Part shown: piece by piece, positions 41,150-52,649 of the stretch
How positions within the stretch are numbered: position 1 is the stretch's first letter
How the letters are laid out: every line of letters starts with the position of its first letter
Source: Octopus sinensis
Lineage: Eukaryota
Length of the DNA: 64,000 nucleotides
Assembly: GCF_006345805.1 (NCBI RefSeq)
Contig: NC_043002.1
Coordinates: forward strand, 75,702,001-75,766,000
Direction of reading: 5' to 3'
Position numbers and translations under genes: made by a program
Notes under the pieces: generated by a model
Databases searched by the model: none
Told to the model about the DNA's origin: nothing
What the model saw: the letters and a program-made list of their open reading frames with translations, nothing else

Positions 41150-41360
41150 GAATGAATGTTTGTTTAGCTACAGGTCAGCTCTGATCAAAGTAGACCTATA
41201 ATCAGAGGTATTCCGGCCATGACCATCATGTTCTTTGTTTTGTTTTGTTTTGTATTTCTTTTAGTGTAGCTTAGATTACATTATTGAATGTCTCCTTTTA
41301 TTTTTAAACAGTGGAGGTTTTGCCTAAAGGAGATTTGTCTGCTATTTCTAGCAGGTTGAG
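41150..41360 (-). mobile_element. Retroposon 3' tail family with (AAC)n end (relatives near 13090-13240, 22790-22980, 27180-27300, 33880-34040)
   Basis: Shared gtcatggccggaatacc..taggtctac..tcagagctgacctgtagctaaacaa motif on the minus strand. Confidence 0.5.
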
Positions 41361-41694
41361 CAATCATGTAGAAACGTTCTCATTGGCTCATTGGTAAAGT
41401 AAACCATTCTCTGTTTGCAAAGAATATGGTTTTCCCTATGTTATACGTCTTCACCTTTCTGCTATTATATGAGCATCTTTCATACTCTTCAAAGAAATTT
41501 TGGTGAACCCTTCCGTTACCATATTTCTGTCAAATTACACTTTGATTCAATTAATTCTGAAAATAATGAAGAATATAGTAAAATAAGTCTGTTATTATTG
41601 AAATAGTGTTTGGAAAATAGATTTGCATGACATTTTGATAGAATACTTTGACTGTTTGGCATTTAGGTTACTCTGTTGGATGTAATGTTTCTCT

Positions 41695-42035
41695 TATCTT
41701 TTATCTTTTACATGAAGAAAATTTAATTCAAATGAATTGATCCCAATACTTAAGTTTTTTGCTAAGCCTGGTACTTATTCTATCAGTATCCTTTTGCTGA
41801 ACAAAGTTACGGGGACGTAAACACACCAGCACTTGTGTGGGGACAAAAATACACACACACACACATATATACGACAGGCTTCTTTCAGTTTCCGTCTACC
41901 AAATCCAAATCCATTCACAAGGCTTTCATCAGCCAGAGCCTGTAGCAGAAGACACTTGTCGAAGGTGCTACACAGTGGGACTGAACCTGGCACCATGTGA
42001 TTAGGAATCAAGCTTCTTACCACACAGCCATGCCT
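41695..42035 (-). mobile_element. Family B SINE
   Basis: tttcagtttccgtctaccaaatcc..gggactgaacc..cttaccacacagccatgcc. Confidence 0.8.
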
Positions 42036-42036
42036 T

Positions 42037-42195
42037 CATGCATTATCTTGTAGCTTCAAGATTCCAATGATGTAATTGCTTATTTTTAGAATGACATTGT
42101 AGGGTAGGTGTGAGAAGCCTGACCTGGCCAATGTCAACATAAAACCGGTAGAATATTTGGGTTGTATATGGTTGGTTTAAAAGCTAAAAGGTTAA
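42037..42195 (+). mobile_element. piggyBac-derived MITE, family 1, left end missing
   Basis: Aligns with 20640-20798; ends gctaaaaggTTAA. Confidence 0.7.
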
Positions 42196-42289
42196 ATGCA
42201 GGTCCCTTGATGTTTCTGTCTGAGACTTGGTTGCAACTCATATAAATTAAAGCAAAGCCAAAACATGATAAATAATAATGATAATAATA

Positions 42290-42510
42290 ATAATAATCTT
42301 TTTTACTGGCAGCACAAGGACTCAAATTTGGGCAAAGGGATTAAGTTGATTATATCGACCCCAGTGTGTAACTGGTACTTATTTAATGGACCCCAAAAAG
42401 ATTAAAGGTACAGTCAACCTCAGCAGAATTTGAACTTGGAAATGTAGCAGCAGATTAAATACCGATAAGCATTTCAACTGGCGTGCTAATGATTCTGCCA
42501 GCTTGCCACC

Positions 42511-42542
<32 letters not shown>

Positions 42543-43214
42543 TGTTTCTACTGTAGGCACAAGACCTGAAAAGTTGGTGGGAGGAAATAGTCAATTACAC
42601 TGACTCCAGTGCATAACTGGTATTTATTTCTTCAACCCTGAAAGAACATAGCGGCAGACAAAATGCCACTAAGCATTTCGCCTGGCATGCTAACAATTCT
42701 GCTTGCTCACCAACTTAATAATAATAATAATAATAATGGTTTCAAATTTGGACACAGAATCAGCAATTTTAGGGAGAGGGGTTAATTGATTACATAATTT
42801 CAGTGCTTGACTGGTATTTTATCTTTTTCTTGACCCTGAAAGAATGAAACACAAAGTTGACCTTGGCAGGATTTGAACTCAAAATATAAAAGGGCCAGAT
42901 GAAATATCACAAGGCTTTTTCCAACACTGCAACACTAATAATGCTTCTGCCAGTCAGCCTTCCTAGTAGTGAATAATAATTCTTTCAACTAAAGGCACAA
43001 GGCCTGAAATGTTATTGGATGGGGGCTAGTCAATTACAGTGACCCTATTTCTCAATTGGCATTCTAATTTAACAACCCTGAAAGGACGAAAGCAAAGTGG
43101 ATGTTGGTGGAATTCAAACTCAAAATTTAAAGCTGGTAGAAATGCAGCTAACCATTTCGTCTACCATACTAATGATTCTGTCAGTTCATCTCCTTATTAA
43201 TCAATAAAAATAAT

Positions 43215-43246
<32 letters not shown>

Positions 43247-43250
43247 GGAA
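42290..43250 (-). mobile_element. Head-to-tail train of four family A SINEs separated by (AAT)n
   Basis: Units about 42296-42512, 42541-42716, 42738-42963, 42981-43195, all minus orientation. Confidence 0.8.
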
Positions 43251-43351
43251 AATACAAGAAACCAAAACTGTGTTAAAAAAATCTCTCCCATCAATGCAGT
43301 GGCACAGGAGCAGCAATGTCTCCCTGCCTGCCTGTTTCTCTCTCTCTCTCT

Positions 43352-43562
43352 CTCTTTACTCTTTTACTTGTTTCAGTCATTTGACTGTGGCCATTCTGGA
43401 GCCCCGCCTTTAGTCGAGCAAATCAACCCCAGGACTTATTCTTTGTAAGTCTAATACTTATTCTATCAGTGTCTTTTCCTAAACCACTAAGTTTCAGGGA
43501 TGTAAACACACCAGCATCAGTTGTCCAGCGATATTGGGGGCGACAAACACAGACACACAAAC

Positions 43563-43646
<84 letters not shown>

Positions 43647-43808
43647 CGATGGGCTTCTTTCAGTTTCCGTCTACCAAATCCACTCACAAGGCTTTGGTTA
43701 GCCTGAGGCTATAGTAGAAGACACTTGCCCAAGGTGCCACGCAGTGGGACTGAACCTGGAACCATGTGGCTGGTAAGCAAGCTACTTACCACACAGCCAC
43801 TCCTACGC
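43352..43808 (-). mobile_element. CORE-like tRNA-headed SINE (family B), full length, with internal (CA)/(TA) tract
   Basis: Reverse complement: GGCGTAGGAGTGGCTGTGTGGTAAG..GGTTCAGTCCCACTGCGTGGCACCTTGGGCAAGTGTC (CCTTGGGCAAG resembles the CORE domain)...GACTGAAACAAGTAAAAGA. Possibly an OR-type octopus SINE; not confirmed. Confidence 0.85.
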
Positions 43809-43809
43809 C

Positions 43810-43841
<32 letters not shown>

Positions 43842-43849
43842 CATATATA

Positions 43850-43888
<39 letters not shown>

Positions 43889-45486
43889 ACATGCAAGTTT
43901 TGAATAAATTGTTTATGTGTTAGGGAATAGTTTAACAGAGAAAGTTTGACTGCATAAAACAAGATAAAAGCCAGCAAGCTTGTTTTGTTCATTAATTTCT
44001 GTACACCATAAGCTTTATTTATTTATCATCTGTCTCTCCTGACCAAATTATTGTGGAAACTGATCTTTCCTTGTTGTTGTTGTTGTTGTTGTTATTATTG
44101 TTTGTTGTTTGTAATAGTTGTATATTCATAGATGCACTGTGTTCTTGTTCTGATGAATTGGTAGGAGTGGGGGGACCACAAAAAGAAAAAAAAATAACAC
44201 AGGTCCTCTCCAAGGAATTATCAGCCATGGTAATCTGTACTGGTAGTTAGTTAATGAGATTGCCATGTTTACCAAATATATTTGACATGTATGTCTAACA
44301 CAATTTGTTTGCTCTGTTTCATAGTTATCTTCTCTGACCCAGGTTTCATACGGAATGTTTGTTTGATGAAGGTGTGTGTGTGTGTGTGGTTTAGCGGTGG
44401 AGGGTGAGAGCATGGTTATGCAGTTTGGTGGGGGTGTTGCCTGATAGTAGTGGTGGTGAATGTGTCATTTAATATGTGTATATAAATAAAAATAGCTGTA
44501 AAAATTTGTTAGCAAGCCGCATACAAGCTGTAGTGTTTGTTTGTCTGTTTATCTGTCTGTCGGTCTGTGAGTCTGTTTAATTTATTTAGTTTGTTTGTTT
44601 GTTTAGCGCCGGCACAGATGTAATGGAAGTAAATTGCATGTCCAATGATTAATTGTGAACAAAGATTGTCGAGATAGGAGAGCCCTAATTTCACGGCTTC
44701 AACAGATGTAGCCAAATTTCATTGACTACTTTGGATATATGTTTCTCTAAATCATCGTTTCATAATTATCCTCATCAATGACTGTCTTATCTTCCTCTCC
44801 ATCATCAGCATCATCTACCTCATCTTTATTTTCATGATCATCATCATAAATATAATGTCTGATTTGACAAACATTAACTTTTACTGACAAATCTGGTTCT
44901 GTTTGGTTCCAGTTTAACTCCATAGATAAGGGCTATTGGTACAGTAAAGTCCATTCAGTTATAAAAACCAATCATTCCAATAAAAAATATCTGATCTAAA
45001 GGGCAATGGTAAGATGATGTATAAGAAAGTAATTACTGACACAAGACATATTTGTTTTAGATGTCCCTATCTTGTACCATATCATCTCTTCCGCACTAAA
45101 CCATGCCACCCTTAACACCCTGCTCTATTCCTACTGCTCACTCATTCTACGCCTTTGGTTCTCACCTTTTGTAGTTCAGTGCCCCTTTCACTAAATAGTG
45201 TTTTACAAACACTCCTCTCCCATTCATATGATTTATCTTTTATTCATATGATTTATCTTGTCTCAGTCATTTGTCTGGAGTCATGCTGGAGTATTTCCTT
45301 GAAGGGTTTAGTCAAATAAACCCCAGTGCTTATTTTTAAGTTTGGCACTTATTTTGTTGGGCTGTTTTGTTGAATTGCTAACTTACATGGACTTCAACCA
45401 ATATGTTGTCAAGAACTGATGAGGGACAATCACAAACATACAACACACACAAGACATACACATATGTATGTATGTATGTATGTTGC

Positions 45487-45669
45487 CATGATAGATCGTT
45501 AGCCACCACATACATTTTTTCTCTCCTTGTTTTTTCTGTGTCCCTTTCTGTAGAAGAGCGTAGGCTCGAAACGTAAAAGACTTTTTCTATTCCTGAGCGT
45601 TATACTAATACATCTGTTTGTTTTGTACACCACCTGTCTTCATCTTTTGTTTTTTTCATAAACTCTCCC

Positions 45670-45671
<2 letters not shown>
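45487..45671 (+). mobile_element. PLE-type terminal fragment inserted in (TATG)n
   Basis: About 185-bp segment between (ATGT)n runs containing a minimal hammerhead-like motif. Confidence 0.45.
45540..45581 (+). ncRNA. Minimal hammerhead-like motif with variant core
   Basis: CUUU-CUGUAGA-A-GAGC(GUAG)GCUC-GAAA-CG-UA/AAAG: 4-bp stems I and II, ACGU palindrome, GUA triplet; A6 replaced by U. Confidence 0.45.
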
Positions 45672-45701
<30 letters not shown>

Positions 45702-45723
45702 TGTATGTATGTATATATATATA

Positions 45724-45768
<45 letters not shown>

Positions 45769-46544
45769 ACAGGCTAATCTTAACAAAGATTGATTTTCAT
45801 CAACAGTGTTTTAAAATATAAGTAATGTGCCTGGTTGAAATATTCTGTTCCTAACAAAAATCACAACCCTTCTAATTACTCAGCATCTTCCCGTTACACT
45901 GTGCTGACATCTACCACCTCCTTGTGAGTTCACAACAACCCCCACCCCACCCCAACAAGGTGTACTGACCAGTTTAAGAATTGCTGTCCTACACTGGCAT
46001 CAAACCATCTTGGAGTTCTAAGGTCTGTTTTGACAAGTGCTCTTCATTGTATTGTTTTTCTTGCTCTTGTTCTCTTTTACCAATGTTAATAGGAAGAATT
46101 TTATGCAAGAAAATCTATTTATTACATTAAGAAGTCCAAATCAATTTAGTTGCTTGTAATTAACACTTTCGCTGCACAATGTAATTTATGAGCAATTTAC
46201 CTAATTAGCACTAGATGCCTTCCCAAACCTTATGTTGGTTTACTATATAGGTGTGTATGTGATTCATGTGTGTTTGTGTGTGTATACGCACACACACACA
46301 AGTGAGAAGAAAACAAAAGAAAAAGGCTGTCAACACATTTAGTAAGAGTCGCATGTTTATTATTTAGAACTGTTTGATTCAGCGCCATGTGACTTAAAGT
46401 TTCACAAGCTTCTAACAGAGACCCATTTCTTTTAGGCTTAGATTAATCAATCAGTAATTTAAGCCTGTTAGAGTCTCACAATACTTTAAGTTGAATGGAA
46501 CCAAATGAAACTGTTTTAAATAATAGCAATAATAATGATAATAA

Positions 46545-46740
46545 TTATAATGGTTTTGGTGGGAAGGGATGAGTCAATTACATCAACCCTAGTGTTCAAC
46601 TGGTACTTATTTTACTGACCCTGAAAGGATAAAAGGCAGAGTCGACCTTGGCGGAATTTGAACCCAAAATGTAGCGGTGCACGAAATATCGCTAAGCATT
46701 TTGTCCAGCATGCTAGTGATTCTACCAGCTCACCGCCTTA
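46545..46740 (-). mobile_element. Family A SINE
   Basis: ...gtcgaccttggcggaatttgaacc...ctaccagctcaccgcctt. Confidence 0.8.
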
Positions 46741-46797
46741 ATGATGATGATGATGATAGTAATAATAATAATATGCCATACAAGTGCAATGAACCTC

Positions 46798-47441
46798 TGC
46801 AGAATGTGTTGGATGAAGGTCTAAATGCATGACCCACATTGTTAGTGTTTGTGAAAGCCTTGTGCAGAAAGAGTACAAGTGCAGACACACCAAGGTAGCC
46901 CAAAACCTTCACGGGCTACTATGCTAGAAGTATGGACACAAGGTAACAGGCGCTTGGTACCAACATACACCAGGAAAGTAAAAATGGATGAAAACAGGAA
47001 GACAAAGATCCTCTGGGATTTTGACTTTCAGACAGACAAGGTGTTAGAACACTGAAGGCCAGATAAAATAACCTTTAAGAGGGACAAACAAGAGTGCCTG
47101 ATAATCGTTGTGGCAGTGTCAGGAGATCAACATATCGTGATAGGAAGAGGAAAGGTTGATAAATATGGAGACTTGAGAATTAAGACTATCAAAATGTGGC
47201 AGATGTGAGAGTCAAAACAAAGATTGTCCCTGTTATCATTGGAGCATTGGGTTCAAGACTGCCCGATCTAAAGAAACATCTGGAAACTTTAGTAATACCC
47301 TACGATCTTGGTATATTATGGAAATTGGCTTTACTTGAAACTGCATGGATATTGCATAAAGCACTGTCTGCCTGAGGTCCTTGTCGTGACTTGACAGACA
47401 GTACAAACCCCTGGTAGACACAGTATCCTCAATAATAATAA
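46798..47441 (+). mobile_element. R4/Dong-like non-LTR retrotransposon 3' fragment (CCHC knuckle, restriction-like endonuclease, 3' UTR)
   Basis: CRMC...HIVSVC..LVQKEYKCRH.KVA..LH; KILWDFDFQTDKVLEH*RPD; KMWQ; IVPVIIGALG; stop at 47373-75; (AAT)n on both sides. Confidence 0.8.
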
Positions 47442-47469
47442 CATGCATGTATGTATGTATCATCATCCT

Positions 47470-47697
47470 TTAACCCTTTTGTCACTGTATTTATTTTGAG
47501 ATGCTCTGTATTTCTTTCAATTACTTTAAATATAACAAAGAATTTAGTAAAATAACTTAGTTATCGATCAGCTAGTGTTAGGAACATAAATTGTAACTAA
47601 GGTTTGGTGGAAGATTTTGATTCAAAACTTATGAAAATGAGACATTTGTACTCAGAGCCAGAGCTGGTTTCAGCCGGGTTGGTAATGAAAGGGTTAA
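47470..47697. mobile_element. TTAA-flanked piggyBac-type MITE, family 2
   Basis: TTAA-CCCTTTTGTCAC ... GTAATGAAAGGG-TTAA; internal sequence unlike family 1. Confidence 0.75.
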
Positions 47698-47759
47698 TGT
47701 CTGTTTTCCATACTGGTAGTGGTTGGATGGTTTGACCAGAGCTGGCAAGCTAGAGAGCT

Positions 47760-48510
47760 GCACAATGCAAATGCTTTGCAGTATTCGTTCCACTTCTTTG
47801 TGCTCTGAGTTCAAATAGCAACAAGGCCAACTTTGCATTTCATTTTTTCAGGGCCAAGTACTAGTTGAGCATTAAGGTCGCTGTAACTAACTTACTCACT
47901 AATCCTTAATTTGCTGGCTTTGTGTTAAAATTTGAAACTATTATATGCTACAATAGTTAGCTGAGATGTCGTCTTGAGATTTGGTGACAAGTCTCCTCAA
48001 ATCTCAAGAATTTTTCTGATGACTCTTGCAGAATGCACAAGTGTATTTTTCTGTAGGTCAACAATATAAGTCTCTATTCCAATATTCTTCAGCAACTTAT
48101 ATAGCAATTTGGATGTAGTTCCAAGTGCACCAATTACCACAGGAATAATTGTCATCTCGTCTTTGACAAGCTCTTCATTTCTCTGACTAGGTCTTGATAT
48201 ATTTCTATTACCTGTTACAGTATTGCAAAGTCTATGGTTCTACACTGTTTATGTCTTTGATTGTTTCTAAGCATATACAGTCTTCTTGCTGCAGTAGTAT
48301 GACCAGTCTTTGTGAGGAACTCCTATAAAATCCTGCAATTCTTATTCTCTATCACAATCTTTAATTCTGCTGAGGTCGACGTTGCCTTTCATTCTTTTGG
48401 GGGTTGATAAATTAAATACCAGTCAAGTACTGGGGTCGATGTAGTCAACTTGCCTCCTCCCCCAAAATATCAGGCCTTGTGTCTATAGTAGAAAGGATTA
48501 TCATTATCAT
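47760..48510 (+). mobile_element. Two family A SINEs (about 47760-47945 and 48360-48510) flanking a LINE fragment
   Basis: ctctgagttcaaat..; gctgaggtcgacgttgcctttc...gtagaaaggattatc. Confidence 0.65.
47955..48345 (-). mobile_element. R4/Dong-like endonuclease-domain 3' fragment, different subfamily
   Basis: Minus strand reads ...IIPVVIGALGTTSKLL...LQKNTLVHSARVIRKI.. Confidence 0.65.
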
Positions 48511-48599
48511 CATTAAACATTGATCAAGTGTTAAATGTTATAGTTTACCTGGTGAGCATGATAAGTTCAATCACTGGGTCAAACAATATATATATATAT

Positions 48600-48836
48600 C
48601 AAAATAAGCAACAAGGATATCCAGAGGTAATGCAGTACGATCGTTTCGTGCGACTCCATTTAATTGAACAATGCAATCATTTCATTACATCAATTTAGAA
48701 TGTAGAGCAATCTTCAGCTGCATAAAGACATAGAATTTAATTAAATTAGGAGGACACATTAGTATAATTTTAGCTAAAATATCCAAGAGGATAAAGAGAT
48801 AGACAAAGAATATGTTTTACCAACAACATCGTAGTT
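48600..48836 (-). mobile_element. Penelope-like-element-type terminal fragment embedded in (TA)n
   Basis: 237-bp segment between two (TA)n runs carrying a hammerhead fold with palindromic stem III, an architecture known from PLE terminal repeats. No RT or GIY-YIG coding sequence seen here. Confidence 0.55.
48630..48723 (-). ncRNA. Type I hammerhead ribozyme motif
   Basis: Minus strand: AUGCAG-CUGAAGA-[63-nt stem II]-GAAA-CGAUCG-UA/CUGCAU. Perfect 6-bp stem I, CUGANGA and GAAA cores, self-complementary ACGAUCGU stem III, GUA triplet (cut between 48636 and 48635). U-C mismatch at the 10.1/11.1 pair. Confidence 0.7.
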
Positions 48837-48857
48837 GCATATATATATATATATATA

Positions 48858-49140
48858 GTCTCTGATTTAGATAGAATGAAACAGTAGTATCACAAGTAAG
48901 AGAATAAATAACTAATAGAATATTGTTGGTATTGACAATGAAATGAGACGAATCTACCAAAGGGTTTGGCTCCAAATTCTTGGAATATAATTAATACAAC
49001 AGGAACCTGAAGAATGGCTGGAAGGTACAGCAGCTGAAACATGAACTTTTGATGTTAGCACAAGCACATCAAGTTAAGAAGGAATACTCTACAAAATAAC
49101 TTGATTTACTAGAAATGATAGCTATGCTTCCCTCAAATTA
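48858..49140 (+). mobile_element. Possible PLE-type terminal fragment with degenerate hammerhead core
   Basis: CUGAAGA (49007-13), GGCUG/CAGCU stem, GAAAC (49036-40); stem I not formed. Confidence 0.35.
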
Positions 49141-49628
49141 CATCATCATCATCATCATCGTTTAATGTTCACTTTCCATGCTAGCATGGGTTGGATGATT
49201 TGACTGAGGTCTGGCAAACCAGATGGCTGCACCAAACTCCAATCTGGTCTGGCAGAGTTTCTACATCTGGATGCCCTTCCTAACACCAACCACTCCGAGA
49301 ATATAGTGGGTGCTTTTACGTGCCACCGGTATGAGGGCCAGTCAGGTGGTATTGGCATGCTCAAATGGTGCTTTTTATGTGCCACCTGCACAGGAGCCAG
49401 TCTAGTGGCACTGGCAACGACCTTGCTCAAATGTTTTTTTTCATGTGCCACCAGCACAAGTGCTAGTAAGGTGACGCAGGTAACGATCACTCTCGAATGG
49501 GGTTTTTAATGTGCTACCGGTACGGAGGCCAGCTTGTTGCTCTGGCAAAGATCTCACTCGTATGGTACTCTTAGCACTCCACTAGCACAGATGCCAATCA
49601 TCGAATTTGATTTCGATTTCGATTTTGA
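49141..49628 (-). mobile_element. RTE 3' UTR fragment
   Basis: Aligns with 35980-36450 including the ~60-bp repeats and (CAT)n tail on the + strand. Confidence 0.8.
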
Positions 49629-50454
49629 TACTGAGTAATGTTGTTCTAGTTAAGGTTTTAAAATAAGTGTGGAGAGTCATGACTGGAAAGCTTTTCGACC
49701 ATGGCTCTTTTTGATCACAGTTGGCCTTGTACGAAGTAACAACTCTAGAATATTGCATGTGGCAGCCTCGAAACTGCATGTTATACAGACATGATATTAG
49801 CAAATGGTCACTCACTAGTTTCATAAGAAACAATATTGTGCATGTGTGTGTGTCTCTGTGTGTATGTATGAGTGTATATTCATGCATGTGTGTGTGTGTG
49901 TGTGGTGAAATAAATACCTGTAAAAATTTGTGTATGATAACTGTGATCTCTCACCGTGTCATAAGTAATTGGTAAAGTTGAAGGAGATTAACAAGCTACT
50001 CAACACATTATGAATGGATTAATTAAATCTTTCTATTTATTGCTAGCGAGTGCTTGCTTGCCTCTAACAATAACAACAACAGCAGCAACTACAACAATAT
50101 ACTGTCTGAAGTTACAGTACATTTTATATGCCATCAAGGAAATAATTTAGCTTGTAAGCAAGACAAGACATTTAGTGTCTGATAAAGTAATCTGCATCGA
50201 TTGAAGATTATTATTTGTTTCAGTTGTTACTTTTGTTGTTGTTGTTGTTCTTTGTATTCTGTTGTGTGTAAGTGTGTTCTCTCTGACCTTTCCGCACACA
50301 CCTTTTGCCATGCACGACCATATTCTGTGTCTCTAAAACAATTGATTCATTATTTGAAATTAGTACAAAATTAAGTAATAATGATAAAAGTACTAAAGGA
50401 GGTTTGCACCTATGTAAGTGCTGTTGAGCAGCAGCTTAAAGCCATACATATATA

Positions 50455-50479
<25 letters not shown>

Positions 50480-50491
<12 letters not shown>

Positions 50492-51230
50492 TGGACCTTC
50501 CTGTAATTAGGTGACACGTGGGTTCAGCAATTTCTTGCCAAACAGCCACACAGATGATTTGTTTATAGTGATCAAATGTTTGTTTTGCTATAAGCTCACT
50601 CCCTCCATCAAATTGACATTACCTGTACTGGTGCATTGTGTGGTATATGTCATATGACGAAATGGTTGCAGAGCGATGTGAAATGAAGTGCTTTACTCAA
50701 GAACACAGTGCAACATCCAGTCTGGGGATCAAACCCATGATCTCACAGTTGTGAGTGCTACAACCTAACCACTAAGAAGTTTGCTTCGTGATCACATAGT
50801 TTAGGATTTTGTTGTACTGCATGGCTGGCACCTTCGGCAAGTATCTTCCAGTTTCGCCCTGGCCCGACTAAATTCAGTGAATTTAGTAGAAACTTAGAGA
50901 AGCTCATTGTATGCATGTGTGTGTGTGTGTGTAATTGGTACTCTGTTGATTATGAGGGTTCCAGTCGATCCAATCCATGCTCATGAAATTAACATGCAAG
51001 TGGGTGAGTACTCCACAGGAATGTACCTTTAATGTAGTTCTCAGGGAGATTCAGTGTGAAACAGAATGTGACAAGCTTGGCTCTCTGAAATACAGGTGCT
51101 ATTAATTTTTGCCAACTGAGTGGACTGGAGCAATTTGAAATAAAGTGTCTTGCTCAAGGACACATCACACCACCAGTACTCACAGTATTCTGAGCTGAAT
51201 ATCTTAACCACTGAGCCACGCACCTCTACT
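50480..51230 (-). mobile_element. Two further tRNA-headed SINEs (about 50480-50775 and 50940-51230) around a family B fragment
   Basis: Minus-strand heads (T/C)(T/C)AGTGGTTA(G/A)G and GTG(T/TC)CTTGAG(C/T)AA..CACTT domain; a relative of the first lies at 55350-55670 (+). Confidence 0.6.
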
Positions 51231-51247
51231 CTGTGTGTGTGTGCCTA

Positions 51248-51668
51248 TACATAGACATGCAGGAAGTAAATAGACACCTTTAATTTTCGAAATCTTTTAT
51301 TTAATACGCAAAGCAAACAATTGAAATGTAATCGATAGGTAGGGCTACCTACTTTAGTATTTAGTTGACATTCTTTTTGCAGTTTTCAGTTCAGAAACAC
51401 TTTGCATTGAACTGATGACCTTTGTGATTGTCTCTTGTGGAATTTCTGCCCACTTTTCACGCAACAATCGAAGCAATTCATCTTTAGATTTAGGTATCTG
51501 TCGAGTTTTTCGTATAGCTCTATCTAGTATGCTCCAAAGATTTTCAATTGGGTTCATGTCAGGAGATTGGTTCGGCTAAGGAAGCTTTTTGATCCCATTT
51601 TCAGTCAGCCATTGTTGATTCCTTTTCGCTGTAGGGCATGGAGTCCCATCTTCCATGAATTTGCTTTC
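51248..51668 (-). pseudogene. Tc1-family transposase C-terminal fragment (DD34E) with probable 3' TIR
   Basis: KFMEDGTPCPTAK...WLTENGIKKLP*PNQSPDMNPIENLWSILDR...STKY*. Exactly 34 codons between D (51648-50) and E (51543-45); Trp codon changed to TAG; TA-CATAG.. TIR-like end at 51248. Confidence 0.85.
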
Positions 51669-51673
51669 TTTTA

Positions 51674-51715
<42 letters not shown>

Positions 51716-51764
51716 CATTATTATTATTATCATTATTATTATTATCATTATTATTATTATTATA

Positions 51765-51950
51765 GCACAAGGCCAGGCCAGCAATTTTGCAGATGGGGTT
51801 TCTTGATATCATCAACTCTGATACTTTATTTTATCAACCTGCTGAAATGAAAGGCAAAGTCAACTTCTGCAGGGTTTGAACTCAGAACAGTAAAGAGATA
51901 GGTCAAATGCTGTCGGACTCTGGAAATCCTGCCGATCTGTCGCCTTAGTT
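51765..51950 (-). mobile_element. Family A SINE between (ATT)n and (AAT)n
   Basis: gaaaggcaaagtcaac..tttgaactcagaac..ctgccgatctgtcgcctt. Confidence 0.7.
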
Positions 51951-52327
51951 GTTATAATAATAATAATAATAATAATAACAATAATAATAACGTTTTTAAA
52001 GCTGAGGTTGGAAAGTATTGCCAGTGTACAAGATTTTATTATTCACTGTTCAGAAGGACTTGAACAGTAATAAGATATATATTTCCTACCTCTTGACATT
52101 TGAAGTGAGGTCACTATGGTGCTTTTGTGATTCCTCGACCACACACTTAACAAGATTCTGGTGTTTTCTGCAAGCTGATAGTAGAAAGACATTCAGGAAA
52201 ATCTTGTGAGCAAATGCTTTTAGTGATTCTTTTGAAACCAATATTATTTGGCTCCTTCTGCTACTGGAGTTTAATACTTTGGTTATTTGTACCACATGCT
52301 CTCTTTCCCTCCTCCTCCTCCTCCTGC

Positions 52328-52372
<45 letters not shown>

Positions 52373-52649
52373 GCACTGGATTAGCAAGATTGTCTGAGCA
52401 TTGGACAACCTGCCTTGCATATGTATTCTGGTTGTTTGCAACAATCTGACTTTAAATCTAATATGGTTTCGGCATTATCTTCCATCCTTCCAGAGTCAGT
52501 AAACTGAAGTACCAGTCATACACTAGGGTTGATTTAGCCAACTGACTTCCTTGTGTCAAAACATTAGGCCTTGCTTCTAAATTGGAAACATTACCACCAT
52601 CATCATCATGATCATCCTCAGCAGCAGTAGTAGTTGTAGTAGTAGTAGT

